From: Bugula neritina
Taxonomy: Eukaryota; Animalia; Bryozoa
DNA: 64,000 nt
Reading direction: 5' to 3'
NCBI GenBank assembly: GCA_964035545.1
Contig: OZ037765.1
Coordinates: 20,336,995 to 20,400,994 of the forward strand
Shown here piece by piece: positions 24,401-37,553 of this stretch; the stretch's first letter is position 1; the number at the start of each line of letters is the position of its first letter. The translations under genes were made by a program, and so were the position numbers. The notes beneath the pieces are model-generated. The model saw only the letters and a list, made by a program, of their open reading frames with translations, was not told where the DNA came from and searched no databases.

Positions 24401-26792
24401 AGTCATTATTATAATTAGCTAGAAACTAATTATACAGTAGTTCTTGCATCAAGTTTCATTGTTTATTTACAACTACGTCTGATCTAGTGTTTCAAAACAA
24501 TCTCTGTTTTCTTACTGCTTTCTTTTATAAAAAAAGTAGCGAAAATATAACTTAAAGTGGAGGACAGAATTGTATTTACTACAATGAAATCAAGTACAGA
24601 CAAAACCTGTGAAGCTTGTAATAAAACTAATTAGTTGTTGTTAATGACTCCGCAGCAAGCTATTGTTCTTCCTGAGTTGAAAAACATCCAGATCACAGAA
24701 TAACAATGGCAGTATGCACTAGATTAGGTATGATTACATACAAAATAAAGAAATGCATTCTTTAGTTTTAATTCATATGGTCTCAATTTTCAAAATATTA
24801 CTGCTTATTTTAGAGAGAACGTGAAAGCTGTGCCTTGTGAAGTGTGCGCTTTAATGGCCACCTGTGTTTGCTTGCGAGTGTGTACAACCTGAATGCCATG
24901 TTTATTGTACCCAGGTCAATTCTAAAGGCCATTATAAATACAAGAGATCTGAATCGTTGAATATGTGATGATTGGGCCTAATGCCAGATGATATTCATAT
25001 AATATAAAGGCAGGGGATTTGTTGCTACTGGTTGTGATTGTCACTTTGCACATGTATGTATGACTGGGGACACTTTCTTACCCACTGATAAGATCAGCAG
25101 GTAGGTTTAGTTTATATTCCCATGGGCAATCACAATGCTCATCTAGACAGCCAGTGTTCTCGTGAGCTCATCTCTTTCAACTCTTTCATTTAGCAATAAG
25201 CCGAGCCTTTTACCATAGTTTATGCTTAATTTCATCATCAGTTTAAGTCTTACGATTTTCATAAGAATTTTAACTTGAGATAATAGCATTGGCTTGACTG
25301 TACAAGACAGCACTAAATCCGATAGGGTAAGTATTACGATATTGTGTAGAAATTGGGCAGGAAGGTGAGCTCGGGTAAGTGCAGGTAAGCCAGCTAGCTG
25401 TCATTATGTGTAGGATAAGATTGAGTGTATCTGTATTTGTCTCAGTCACACGAATACTGAGCTGTCCTCTTTTATATGGTATACCTGTTGGATTTTGAGT
25501 TACATCAAGTTTCAACAGTTCCACTTCATATCTGCAACAAATTACCTTACTTTAGAGTAGTTTATGATATACAACATACCCTGTATTCTTACAACGTAGC
25601 CAAGGTAATTAATCCAATTATAAGGGTAACAATTACAGCAGCTACCTCAAGGGACATTAATAAGTATAATAATTACACCTGCGACACTTTCCAGCATGCC
25701 AGTGTCAGCATGCCAACGCTAGCCACATATGAAACTCTCATTATAATGTAAGGAATGCTGTTATTCATCAACAAGCTATGCAACTAGGAGGTTGTACTAT
25801 GTCCTGGTATTAGATCTAGGGAATGGGAGTATATCATCATAGCTGTAGCCTACTTGCAAGTACCTGGTGTTAGTAGCCATATTCACCAAACTCCCAGGTA
25901 AGGTAGGACAGTTTTGCTACTTCTCTGCTATAACAGAGAATAAGTTTGCTTATTGTTTTATCGGTGCAAATACTGCTCACCTTCTAACAAACTTGGGACC
26001 AGTTTGTAGATATCCTTAGTTGTGGCAAAGAACTTTAGGGATTCGTGTGTTGCATCAAACTTGCTTTTCAAGTTTTACGTACTTTTTTCTACTTTTTTGC
26101 ATTGTGTCTTGTGGTGTGAAGGGGGGGGGGATGGATGGTTAGATATGCAGGTGTAGCACCTGTTTCTTCGTCGTTGCTTAAACCTGCACATATTTGAGTT
26201 TGGAAAGATTTGAAGTTTTGTTGCAAATTTAGATCGAGAGAGGGGGGGGGGGGGAGGGAGGAAAAGACCTCTTTTTTCTGTATATTGGAAAATTTTCTGA
26301 TGGTCTCTAAAGGTTATTTACTTTAAACTCCAAGTTTAATCTTTGATCTATAGTATTGCTGTGATATAATAATAATACAGAAAGAACAAACATTAAATGT
26401 TTACGGCCATAATGGCCTCATTCACTGGCTTCCTTGTTCAAATAGACAGCATAGTTACCTGTTAAGGGTGAAGGTATAGATTTGTGCTTAGTTTGAGCTT
26501 ATAACTTTTAATTTGGTGTTTGGGTTTGGGATGTGAATTACTTCATGTCATAGCAAATGTCCTATGCTTTGCATAGTTACTCAGCACAGTGTATTGTGTT
26601 GGGTGTTGCATTCACACTTTTCATATTTTGACTTTCATGGTACGGAGGTTCAACAATTCTGGTTAAAAACCTACCATAAAATTATGTCTTTTTGGACTAA
26701 CTTGACAAATAAATACTTGGAACACACCCCTGTACTTCAAGTTCTATTCAATCATCTTATCTCTCTAAATGCTGTATACCAGGTTTTATATA

Positions 26793-27004
26793 AACACTCA
26801 TGCAAGCTTATAGTTGCCATCCCTGTGAGAAAACTCCTGGTGAAAGAGGTTTTGTCAAATCAGGCTAAAGACTTATTCAGATGGGGCACAGGAGCAATTA
26901 TGACTGAATGCTCTTCTTAACATCACCAATGGCCTATGTCGGGCTGGAACCCAAGACTTCATGCTTACTAGGCAACCGCTCTAACCCCTAGACCACGGCT
27001 CCTC
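26793..27004 (-). mobile_element. Full-length tRNA-derived SINE (~212 bp) with 17-bp target-site duplication
   Basis: TSD ATACCAGGTTTTATATA at 26776-26792 and 27005-27021. The minus-strand 5' end GAGGAGCCGTGGTCTAGGGGTTAGAGCG...GGGTTCCAGCCC carries Pol III A- and B-box-like motifs. Confidence 0.88.
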
Positions 27005-28992
27005 ATACCAGGTTTTATATACTGAATTGTTAATGCTGGGTTCTGAGAAAGTTAGGAGTTGGTGCATTTGGTTGTTTTGACACCAATTAGAGGGGCAAGT
27101 GGAATGCAGGGGTTAGATGTGTTTGCGTTACTTTTTTAAAAATGGTTTAATCTTTTCTATTCTAGTTATATTTAGCAAACATAAATTGTATAAATTTGCT
27201 GGCCGTCTTTCATTGTCGATATTCAGTTTGATATCCTGATTAGTTTTTAAAGAAATCAAATCAGTGTTTAAAGCACATCAGCTATACTAGACATCTCTGA
27301 AACTAGATTTGGATAGAGTTAAACTACTACAACCATCTTCAGCGCTGATTTCTGTTTTTAGGATACACAATTGTAGCTAACATAATTATAGTATGACATT
27401 ATGAGATGATTTTATGTAGATTTACTATTATTTTACAAAAGCTGTCATCTTTATGCATATCATTTACACCACTACAACGTTCCTATACAACTGTTGCAGC
27501 TGTCATTTGGTATAGTGTGAAATGTCTAATAATAGTTTCTTTTGGCAAAAATGAGTAAAAAATTGATTTAGTTGTGAAACTTTGGCAGGATATAAAGAGT
27601 CAAACTAAATTACTAGTAATTTCTGTGTTTATGAATTAATTGAGCACGCAACATAAAAGTGATAATAGCAGCTATGATTATAGCACGCCTGATAAAATTA
27701 CCAGTTATTTTATATAAAACAAGAAAGCATACACAACCTGGACAATAATTATGCTAAAAGCGTTGAATTTAAACACGTAAAATTACATATATTATATAGA
27801 ACTAATATGTTGCCATAATCTATAGTTCTAATTAGACAGTCTGGAGTATACTTTATGGGTTGCTTCAAAGAGTATAGGATTTCACTGTATGCAGCACTGA
27901 TGCTGATTACCATAAATAATGAATTATAAATTTGATAAAAACTGCTGCAAATGTGATATGATTATGTGTTAATATTCTGATGACGATCACTCCACCCAAC
28001 CATTATATATGCAGCATTTGCAATATTTTAAAATACTGGTATTATTACCCTAGACTCTAGAGTCTAGAGCTTGTTGGTTTTTTTCTTTTCATTTATTACA
28101 AGTTGTTTTGACTACTTGTGAGTATAATCGGTAATGAAAGGTTAAATGTCAAATATTTTTCAGTCTTGTTTAAAGGAAATGAGTGACTTGATAGACTGTT
28201 GCAATGATTTAATTCATAAAAAATAAGCTGCTGATGCATGCTTTTTGGCAACTAAAATTGTTAGCCGAGATATAATCCTATCAATAGTACTAAGTTATAC
28301 AGTTGCAGGTTTAGTGTGGAGGATAGATCAACTGTTGTTGCTGATATACATTTCTCTCCAATGACATACTTACTTTTTAGTATAATGTAATTTCGTCTAG
28401 CACTATTATATGTTTTGTTTCTTGCATAATAATATGTTTATGACCATCGGTTATGGCACCAAACCATTCATCCATAACTTGATTAACCTTTTGGGCTTAT
28501 TTACCGGAATTGTACAACCAACTTGAAGTTTTTTGAGAATGACTCTCTCCGTCCATATTGTTCGCGCTTAAACATGTTGATTAAACAATGCGAAAGTGAG
28601 TTCAAGTTATTCTGCCTAGTCTTCTTATATTGATTTATAATATACTCCTTTGTGTGTTTGCTGTTGTTATCTGTCCATGAGGTGGTCTTCTATGCCCACG
28701 TTCAACTCAACACCAACAATGCAGCTTATTGATAGAACAATTCTCCGCTAAAAACATTCTATTGAGAAAACAAATTTTCGTTTGTAAATGACTACCAATG
28801 TATTGAATATTTTATTAGGAGTTCTGTTTGTAATAGCTAAAAGTATTGATCAGCAACTGTAACATTATCACAAGGCAGTTCATTCTGTAACTGCTGCCAT
28901 CTTTTGCTGCCTGTACTGTGTCTGATGTACGTATGTCTTGTGTTACAGGATAGTTTTCAAAGGTTTCTTGGATTTATGTCTCTGACTTCACC

Positions 28993-31900
28993 ATGGACAA
29001 TAGCCTAAGATTGAGAAGTAAGTCATATTATGTTACATTCACTACGTTTTCATGCGTCACATTATTCAAATGGATTTGTCATTTGTTGCATGGGAGCAGT
29101 GTCAATCAAATGAAACCAGAACTACTTTTTTAATGGACAGCAACCACAAATCCGTCGTCCAAGCAGCATCCCGTATGAATCAATTCGAAACATGGGAATG
29201 TAGTGGTAGATGCTTTCTTTTGTTAATTAATGACTTGATTCTATGAAATTGGTCTAGTAAACACTAAACCCTGGGTGTAAATCCCTGAGGGGCTATTGGT
29301 GACGCCAGAAAGAACATTTGACATCATTGCTCCTTTGCCACATTAAACAAGGTCCTTAGCTTGCTTACCAACCCTTATACCATCAAGTTTCTTACAAGGG
29401 TGGGGATGTTGAACAATATTGTGATTTTTTTTATGAAACTGATGACCTGGTAAATTATTGCATAATCTTGCAATAAATTTTTTTCATTAAATACCACTTT
29501 TTGGAAGCATAGTATACATGTAAGTCTAAAACATGGAAATTAGATTGCCTAAATATATAATATGAGGTAATGAGTTTTTAATATTTTCAAATCCTTACTG
29601 CAGACTTCCCATATGATAATACCAATTACAGGTATCTCTTCCCTGTCAGTTATACCCTTACACCATCTTTTACATCTTAAATACTTATTTGAAATCAATG
29701 TCCAAGCTCCAAAGATATCTCATTGCTAGATCTTAGAACGCTGAGTTTCCCATTAATTTTGCATGTCTTGAATTTTCAGGTCAATTTAGAAATGATGATT
29801 ATGCTCAACTAGATAGATGGTCAACTTGCAAGACGTCCCCTAATGATAGCCATAGTCTGATATACACCTCAGACTACGGATCATATAGCTCACAAGAGTC
29901 AAACCATTCTGGTACAACATGTAAGAGCACAATTATTTATAATTTATACTTTGAAAACTTCAAAAACTAATTTAGTACTGACAAAGAGTTGAATGTTCGA
30001 AATACTAACAAACACTATTTTTATTTTCTACCATTCAGCTTTTAAGACTATTTTTGTTGCAATTGTTTGTAATTACTCCAAGCTGCTCCTATTGCAGAGA
30101 TGCAATACAATCGATACAGTGACTAAAACATTTATTATTGTAACAATTTTCAGCCAACTTTCCTTTCTATTATGTGAGCACGTAGCAATTTATTGCCGTC
30201 CATTCTATAAAATCATTGAGTTGGTATACACAAAGAATAGTGCTTTCTGAAGTTTTTTACTTATAAAACTACTTGAGTAATTGTTTACAACGCTTAAATA
30301 TATGTTTTATTTAATAGCTTTTTCTTGTTGAATAACAAACATTTTCTGTCAATATTGGCTCTTCCTTAAAAGCTATGATTCATCGTATTCATGACACACG
30401 AACTGCTACTGCAAATATTGTTGTGTAAGAAGTGTAACATGATATAATATCAATACCAGCTCTCAGTCTTCATGTGTAACTCCTAGTCTTTGGGGACTTG
30501 AGAGTTTCTAATAACTCGTCAAGCTGTAATGGACTCTCATTAAATAATATTTGCTTGGAAATTTCATCTAAACAATTCATCAATCTTAACTAAACATCAT
30601 CAAAAACGTTATATGCTCCAACATACACCACGCCTTTTTGTAATTATATACCTAATTAATGTACATGGAAGCCAGTTTAGTTTTACAGATTTTATTCGTT
30701 TCTTTAACAGACAGTAATCTAGCAGATTGTGAGGAGGCTCTGCATAGCTCCCCTACCATATCATATGACATCCCACCATCACAGCTATATGGTAGAATGG
30801 AAACTAGAAGAGATAAGCCATTACCGCCACCTCGAATGACGAGCAAGCCGCAGAGCAAATCACCTAGGTATGAGTTAAATTTGATGTCGCCATAATATCA
30901 TGATGCATGCTTTATTCAATCATACAGTTAAATTACTTTTTATTAGGATTATGCTACAATGGGATATTAGTTTTAATAGTAATAAGACAATCATAATATA
31001 AACATTATGATTCATACACCAGATTTCAAGAGTTTGGTAAACCGAAGAAAATTAGTTTTGATGACTCAACTATGACTAAGAGCAAAATAAAGGATAGTGA
31101 AGAAGCCATCCCCTCTTTTGCTACTCTACCAAGAAAGAAAAAGTTGAGGAATAATACTACAGTCAATACTCCGTCAACTCCAACAACTTCCCAAGTCACG
31201 TGGATGAAAGATGTTGCCCAGAAAGGTATAAATGTGAACCAGACACTATCTTATAATTGCACTTCATTGCTAAATTTTTAGATTTCGTGGGTAAGGGTAT
31301 AAGGCGTATAAAAATAAAGTCATACTGATAGTCCAGTTAGCTGTTGCAGTACCTGCCTTTGATTCAGCTCGTTTAAATATTGAGTATAAAACTTCCCGGG
31401 GAAACTTGTAAAGTACATAACAATGCTATTATACAACGGCCTGTTCTCAACATTTCCACTCAAACACCATTAGAATTCGATAATAGAAGCAAAGGTTGTA
31501 GGGGCCGTTTATTCTAATTTAAATTTTACGTTTCTGGCTGAAATTGTGTGAGCATACTAAAAGGGATTATCTCCCAATTTTGATTTTTCTTTGTTTTAGA
31601 TATAAATAGTAGAAAAGCTGTTTTCAAACTAGAGCATATTATTGCCTATAGTTTGATAAGCTAAAGGAATTTTGTTAAATATTACTATAAGTTATATAAG
31701 TTATTAGGCTTTATTTTAAGAATGTCACAGTGCTCAAATTAGACATTGAACTGTTTCTAAATATAAACAAAGTTCTGACAATTGATGAACCATTATCTTA
31801 CACTGCATGAATGATTTATGTATCAAAACAGTGAAAAACCTCTGTGAAACTTGTCGGAGGCTCTAAAATAGGAATACAAAAACATTGTGTATTATTATAG

Positions 31901-34900
31901 GTTTATGAAGAAGAAATGTAACTTCTTTGTACTAGAAAAGTAAAAAGTAGTATTCAATGTGTAATTTATTGATTTGTTTAGCTAGCCTTAGCCTGACATA
32001 AATGGATAACGAATAACAAATCCAATTTTTAAGTTTTTTAATAACTGATACACCGAGCCACAATCATTGGCCTACATCATTAGGACATCCTGTTTGAGAT
32101 TAGTTTCTTAGTGATTACAATGCATAGAAAGCTATTGAATGTCCCACATTCTACCAAATGTGTTTTTGAAGTATTTCAATTCATCTCAATTTTATGCAAG
32201 TGAATAGTTCTCAATAGCACTTAGGTGTATTAGCTTAATAAAATATAAAAAGGAAAACTTTTTGCATTTACAAAGTTCCTATTTTCTCTACACAAGCCAC
32301 CATAGTAACTATTTGTAATATTAGGTTAATTTATATTTTAGCTGAAACTATTCATTACCCAACAGTGACAACACCTGGAACTGGCTCTAAAAAGCCACAA
32401 GGAATTTTAAAAAACAAAAGTGAAGAACCCAAAAGAAGTGGTGATTTAACTGGTTATATACAGCGTGATAAAGTGCAGAAAATTCTAGCTAAGCAAAGAC
32501 AGGTGAGGCGATTGATTAATTGTCTTCAGTAATTGTACAGGGACTATTGAATATTGTTTGTGCTGAGTTTTAGTCTGACATAATAAGGAAATGCAGTAGG
32601 AAATTTATTACTTCCATGACACTTGACAGCACAAAGTGAAATACATACATAATATATTGTGGCTAATATGAGTTATTCCTGGTGACAGGAAAAGCATTTA
32701 GCATAGTATTTCTGTGATGGAAAGTCATATTATCATTATCACTTGAAATAAAATCTCTGTAGGGTCAAGCTCCTCAAAGGAACAGAGGCTATTAATGACA
32801 GCTACATTATACATGGTGTGAATACTGCTGTTAACAGTATATTGCAACTCCATTTATATCTGCTTGGTTAATGTTCAGTGCTTATGTGTTGTACACTTCA
32901 ATACATGTTCATCTAAACATTGTGAAGATATTGTGTAATAAAATAAAAACAATACAAAGCTTTCAAAGCTGATTAGTTACATAATACTGCATGGTGTTGA
33001 GTTACAAGCACAGAAGTTAAGACTAACATATGCCAGGTTGCACTGTTTCAGCATTATCTATTTTCAAAACAGTGATAACTCTACTCGGGGACAAGGTGGT
33101 GAAAAGCTGATAAGATAAACATAGACTGTAGTGCAAACTGGATCGTCAGTATATTGTTCAATATGTTTTGCATTGCTTTAGGCTCTGAGTAGACCGTCAA
33201 CTATATCTTCCCCACCGTATCGGTCGATGCCAAGTTTGACCCCTCGGCAGCAGAGGGAGCCACAGCAGGCTGCTAAAGCGTGGGAGTATAACCCCTCGGG
33301 CGGAAGCAGTTCCAGCACAGCACAAGTTATTGGTGTTATTGAACCAAGCTCTGATGGTAGGTAAAGCAGAGAATTTCAAACTGCCCAACATATTATAATC
33401 TAAAGGTGCTCTGTTACCTATGTCATTATGTCTCGAAACTTTTGAATAATTATAAAATTCAAAACCTACTAGTTTGAACCAACACACTGTCAAACTATAA
33501 TATATTCTACTTAGTAGGAAAACAAGTGTATAAAATAGACATAATCAAAGCATACTTTGACCTGGCACAACACATTTGGAAAAAAACTTGCATCTTTTTA
33601 TAGCACCTATAACTCATATATCTGACACATGCACATATTTATGGTTTTTATTGATATAAGATTGTGACAGGTAGCAGAATGCTGTTTACATATCACAGGC
33701 TGTAAATCAAACAACAGGAAGCATTAAAATGTTGTATATTTTCAAAATCTAGCTTTTTAGTTTATTAATAAAAGCCTAATTACCATTGTTAAAAATTGAA
33801 GGGATGCACTTAAGCACCTGGGGTTGTCATTCCTGTAACCTACTAACAAAATAATATGCTCCCTGTTTGTGTTATATAAGCTGTTCTAAGTTCTCAAATC
33901 AAAGCGATTATTTGGTTTTAGAGTAATTGTTTTAAAAGGTTCTATGCTGTAAATAGTGCAAATCTCACAAACACATAGCTTGACAAAAATTAATTTTGTC
34001 AAATATTTTATAAACATGCCATACAGTTTTGAACTATTACAATCAAGGATTTTATTAATTTTTATTGCAATAGTCGTTTTATAGTATTAGGAAGGGTGTT
34101 CGATTTTATGGTTTATACTTTATATAATATTTACTGTTCTTACAGGTTCCCCTCAACAGTTCTTTCACCATGTAAAACAGAATTCTAATGAAACGGAGTT
34201 TGAGTTTCCACCCCCACCAACAGCCCATGATATAGAGCAAATAATGAGCTCACCAGGTAACTTTTACAAACAGTCATGTATAGTAAAAGAAGTTGTAGTA
34301 TCTTGTATATTTTGTATTGTATTGCTTAATATTGAATCTGACATGTAGGTTCTTTAAACTACATTATAATATTAGCCTGTCTGGTGATATGCAAAACATT
34401 ATAATATTATATAGCCGATTAGTGATGTGTTTGCTTGTAAGGTTAGTAGTTAGCACACATGCAAATAATCTCACTGGAATATCTATTTATTAATTTCATT
34501 TAAAATAAAATTTGTTTACAATTTTATTGCAGATGCTACTAATGGTGCTAGTATTGCCAAGAAAAAAGACTTTACACCGTTACAGTTAGCCTGTAGTAAA
34601 CAACCCCCGATACAGGGTATAACGAGCAAACCAGCGTTGCTCTCAAGCCGCGGTAAAACTGATACAGTTGGAGCTAATTCTAAACCTCCAGTGCCATTGA
34701 GAATGGACAAACTACATACACAATCTAACTACAGTCGAGGCTCTCAGCCTGTGAATCACAGCCAGAAGCCTGAGAGTGAAAACTCCATGAAGGCCCCAAT
34801 CCCAAAAGCTATAGTACCTCCAAGAAGGGTTGTAACATTGAAAAACCTCAAACTAACTGCTCCATCACAGAATTCTCAAACTGCTAATGCTGAAAAGTTG

Positions 34901-35332
34901 TTCCCTATGCAAGATCCATCAACCAACAACACAAACGACATAGTCTTGCCTCCACCACCTCAGTTCCAGGAAAACACAACTCCACTAGCTGCTCAATATC
35001 CTTCATACGGGGACTATGAGGTACTGTCCCCTGATGCAAGTTACCAGTTCAATGGACACCCACTAACTCCTACCAGCTATGTACCATACAATCAATACAA
35101 CTACCACCAAAAAATTGCAGTTGATCAGCTTGGAAACAGACTAAATGAAAAGTTAATGTTCTCAAAAGAGCATAACTCCTCGTCTACTAACAATAATACA
35201 GGTTTAACCTATTCCCCTTTGGTTTCACACAACATAAATGGCTTTCCCACTCAATCTTGGCATTATGATTCGAAATCACCTGGTAGAGGACACACCGTTA
35301 GCCACCACCACCAATATTCCACAGAATTATAA
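28993..35332 (+). CDS. Uncharacterised ~590-aa Ser/Pro/Thr-rich disordered protein with multiple short linear motifs, 8 coding exons
   Basis: Exons 28993-29017, 29780-29920, 30711-30867, 31023-31225, 32342-32502, 33182-33356, 34146-34256 and 34533-35332 total 1773 nt in one frame, all with GT-AG borders. Start context is CACCATGG with an in-frame upstream TAG; the protein ends ...HHHQYSTEL*. No globular domain was recognised. Confidence 0.78.
29250..29405 (+). mobile_element. tRNA-derived SINE, degenerate copy
   Basis: CTAGTAAACAC...ATTGGTGACGCCAGAAAGAACATT...ATTGCTCCTTTGCCACAT...CCTTAGCTTG...TTTCTTACAAGGGTGG matches the reverse complement of 26793-27004 and 11922-12088. Confidence 0.65.
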
Positions 35333-36932
35333 TATTTTTAATAACACACAAGTATATATTTTTATTTATATTGTAGATTGGCACCTAATGTGATTCCAAA
35401 TAACACATTATATTTTTGAATAAAATTGTTAATAGTTGTTATATCTGTTATAAGATGTTTCATAATTTAAAGACTAATGTTTTCTCAAGCTTAATAAACA
35501 TTGTACATGACATAATAATATACATGGCTTATTTGTCATACTTTTATACAATACAAAATACATATTATATTAAATCTATACTGTCAATAGTTTTTGGCAT
35601 TATAACGTTTTCTGGCTGCTAAATCATAAGATAGACAAAAGGACTTGGCTCCACCCAAACTTCTCTTCTAAGCTAGAAATATAAATAATATTATATTTTT
35701 GTTGAAAGCTCACTAATAAGTATAAGTATTTTTTGGTTATGCAAACGTAATTATGTGTCTGCAAGTATTACAATAAAAATAAAGTAATGCATAATATGAT
35801 GAAACACACTTTTGAGATTAGAGAGATTCCAAGTTGAAGTAGAAGTTTTCACTCTTATTTTGTGGTCAGTGGTGAGAATAGAAGGCAGCACTTGACCAAC
35901 ATTACATAATATATCATTGTTTGCTTATGATTAAGGTCCTTTTACTCAACATAATGTATTGATAAGATAAGCTATTAAATAAAGCTCAGGACAAACAGAT
36001 GATCTATAAGTTATTACATAATTATTAGGATTTACTGTGGTTTGCATCATGATGAGCAAGAAAACTGATCAATACAATATATAGGCTACTCAGTTTTTTT
36101 TCCAGCACCCACCATGTCATATATATATATATATATACATGTATATGTATATATATATTATGCTTCTATTACCCTTAAATATCAGTCTGATGTGAGGGTC
36201 CCATGTATGGTTATATTACTCGGCATGTTTTGAAGCCAGTACTACCAGGCCAGCCATGATTGGCTTTTACTATCAGGTCATCGTGATTGACTACACATGT
36301 AATAATAACGTGCTAGTTCTCAATTGCTGTCTATTCATTGTAACAAGCCAAGCCTTCATCATTTGGGCACTAAAATTATTAAGTATTGGTAGTCTACTAT
36401 AATGTGCACTTGCCTACCTATAGACTGGAATTATCTCAACAGATGTAGACAAAGCTATCTTTTGGTAAACCAATGGTATAGTTTGCAATGTAAAATGTCC
36501 AACAAAACAACACTGGAGTTTATAAATAAACATGCAGAAAGTTTATTTTATAAAACCACTGATATAACCGACATATACATTGAGCTTCCTAAACAATACA
36601 AAATCTTTCAATAATTTGATTTGTATGTTTCAGCATTATGTAATCAGCACAATTTTCTTGTGTACAATACATGTTAGCTTGAAGTACAAAAAGCTTAGAA
36701 AACTATATACATTAGTCGTGTTTTATAATTTTTTTCCAACTTTTTTTGTTTTTCAATTTTTTTTAGGTCCAAGACAGTGCTTGATTTTCTTTTTTTATTT
36801 TTTTTGATTTGCTCCTTATTTGTTTTTTCTTTGGGTTTTGCTTATTGTCTTTTTATAGGCTTCCTTGATTTTTAGATAAAATACAGTATATAAGTATTAA
36901 CAGTTCAGTCATATTGTCATTCATGCTTTGAT

Positions 36933-37553
36933 TTAGTTCTTGCTCAGTGCTCTCATCACTTCAAGTTCCAGTTGAAGACAGCGGATGGTCGCATCTTTCA
37001 TAGCGTTGTCCTGCAGCAGGCGCTCAACTTTCTCTTCGGAATGCTTTAACTGTGAGGCCAAGCTATGAGTCTTGTCCAGTTGCTTGCTTCTGCTTGACCT
37101 GGCATACTGCCGGTTGAGACAGGTACGGCGGTAGTTCTTTAGAGCGTTGTAGTCGGAGACAGAACGGCACAGGGTTTTTAGCTTCTTCAAGGTGATATCA
37201 CTCAGACTGCTGTCATCCAAACCATATCTACTTAACAGCGTGTCAACATTACGTGCGACTGTCGGCGCAGAGACATCGCTGCCGGAGGCAGTTGAAGAAG
37301 CTGGAGAAGCAGCGAGTGAGAGGGGAGTTGTCTCATCATCCTTAAAATCAGCAACAGGTGTTGGGAGATCTTCCAACTTGAAATCTTCCCAGTCAAATGC
37401 TGGTAGACTGGCATTAAGGTCCAGACAAGCTGTGGGATCAGTGAGATGGATTTCTGCTAGTTCTGATTTTATGTCCACATCTTCCACCATGAGATAATCC
37501 TCAGGATTAAGATAATCAGTGCTGCACACGTCTATCAGATCTTGCTCAAACAT
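36933..37553 (-). CDS. Divergent Maf-like bZIP transcription factor, ~206 aa, single coding exon
   Basis: GCCACCATG start at 37553 just after an acceptor (TTTAG|TAG). Acidic N-terminus, then an extended-homology-like region DDSSLSDITLKKLKTL, basic region LKNYRRTCLNRQYARSSRSKQ (Maf consensus LKQxRRTLKNRGYAxxCRxKR) and a heptad zipper. The ORF-track start at 37619 lies in the intron. Confidence 0.8.
   Translation of the reverse strand: MFEQDLIDVCSTDYLNPEDYLMVEDVDIKSELAEIHLTDPTACLDLNASLPAFDWEDFKLEDLPTPVADFKDDETTPLSLAASPASSTASGSDVSAPTVARNVDTLLSRYGLDDSSLSDITLKKLKTLCRSVSDYNALKNYRRTCLNRQYARSSRSKQLDKTHSLASQLKHSEEKVERLLQDNAMKDATIRCLQLELEVMRALSKN

Noticed and set aside
25270-25900. Possible decayed reverse transcriptase (YDD-like text on the minus strand) or small ORFs
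   Set aside because: Too degenerate to support; no continuous frame or additional RT motifs.
26120-26260. Poly-G runs as G-quadruplex or regulatory element
   Set aside because: Isolated homopolymers without four-tract organisation; likely low-complexity or transposon remnant.
26564-26920. 118-aa ORF
   Set aside because: Runs antisense into the SINE; no coding features.
32982-33003. TAATACTGCATGG resembling the miR-8/200 seed
   Set aside because: Only the seed region matches and I see no complementary hairpin arm.
37192-37497. Plus-strand 101-aa ORF
   Set aside because: Antisense shadow of the Maf-like CDS.
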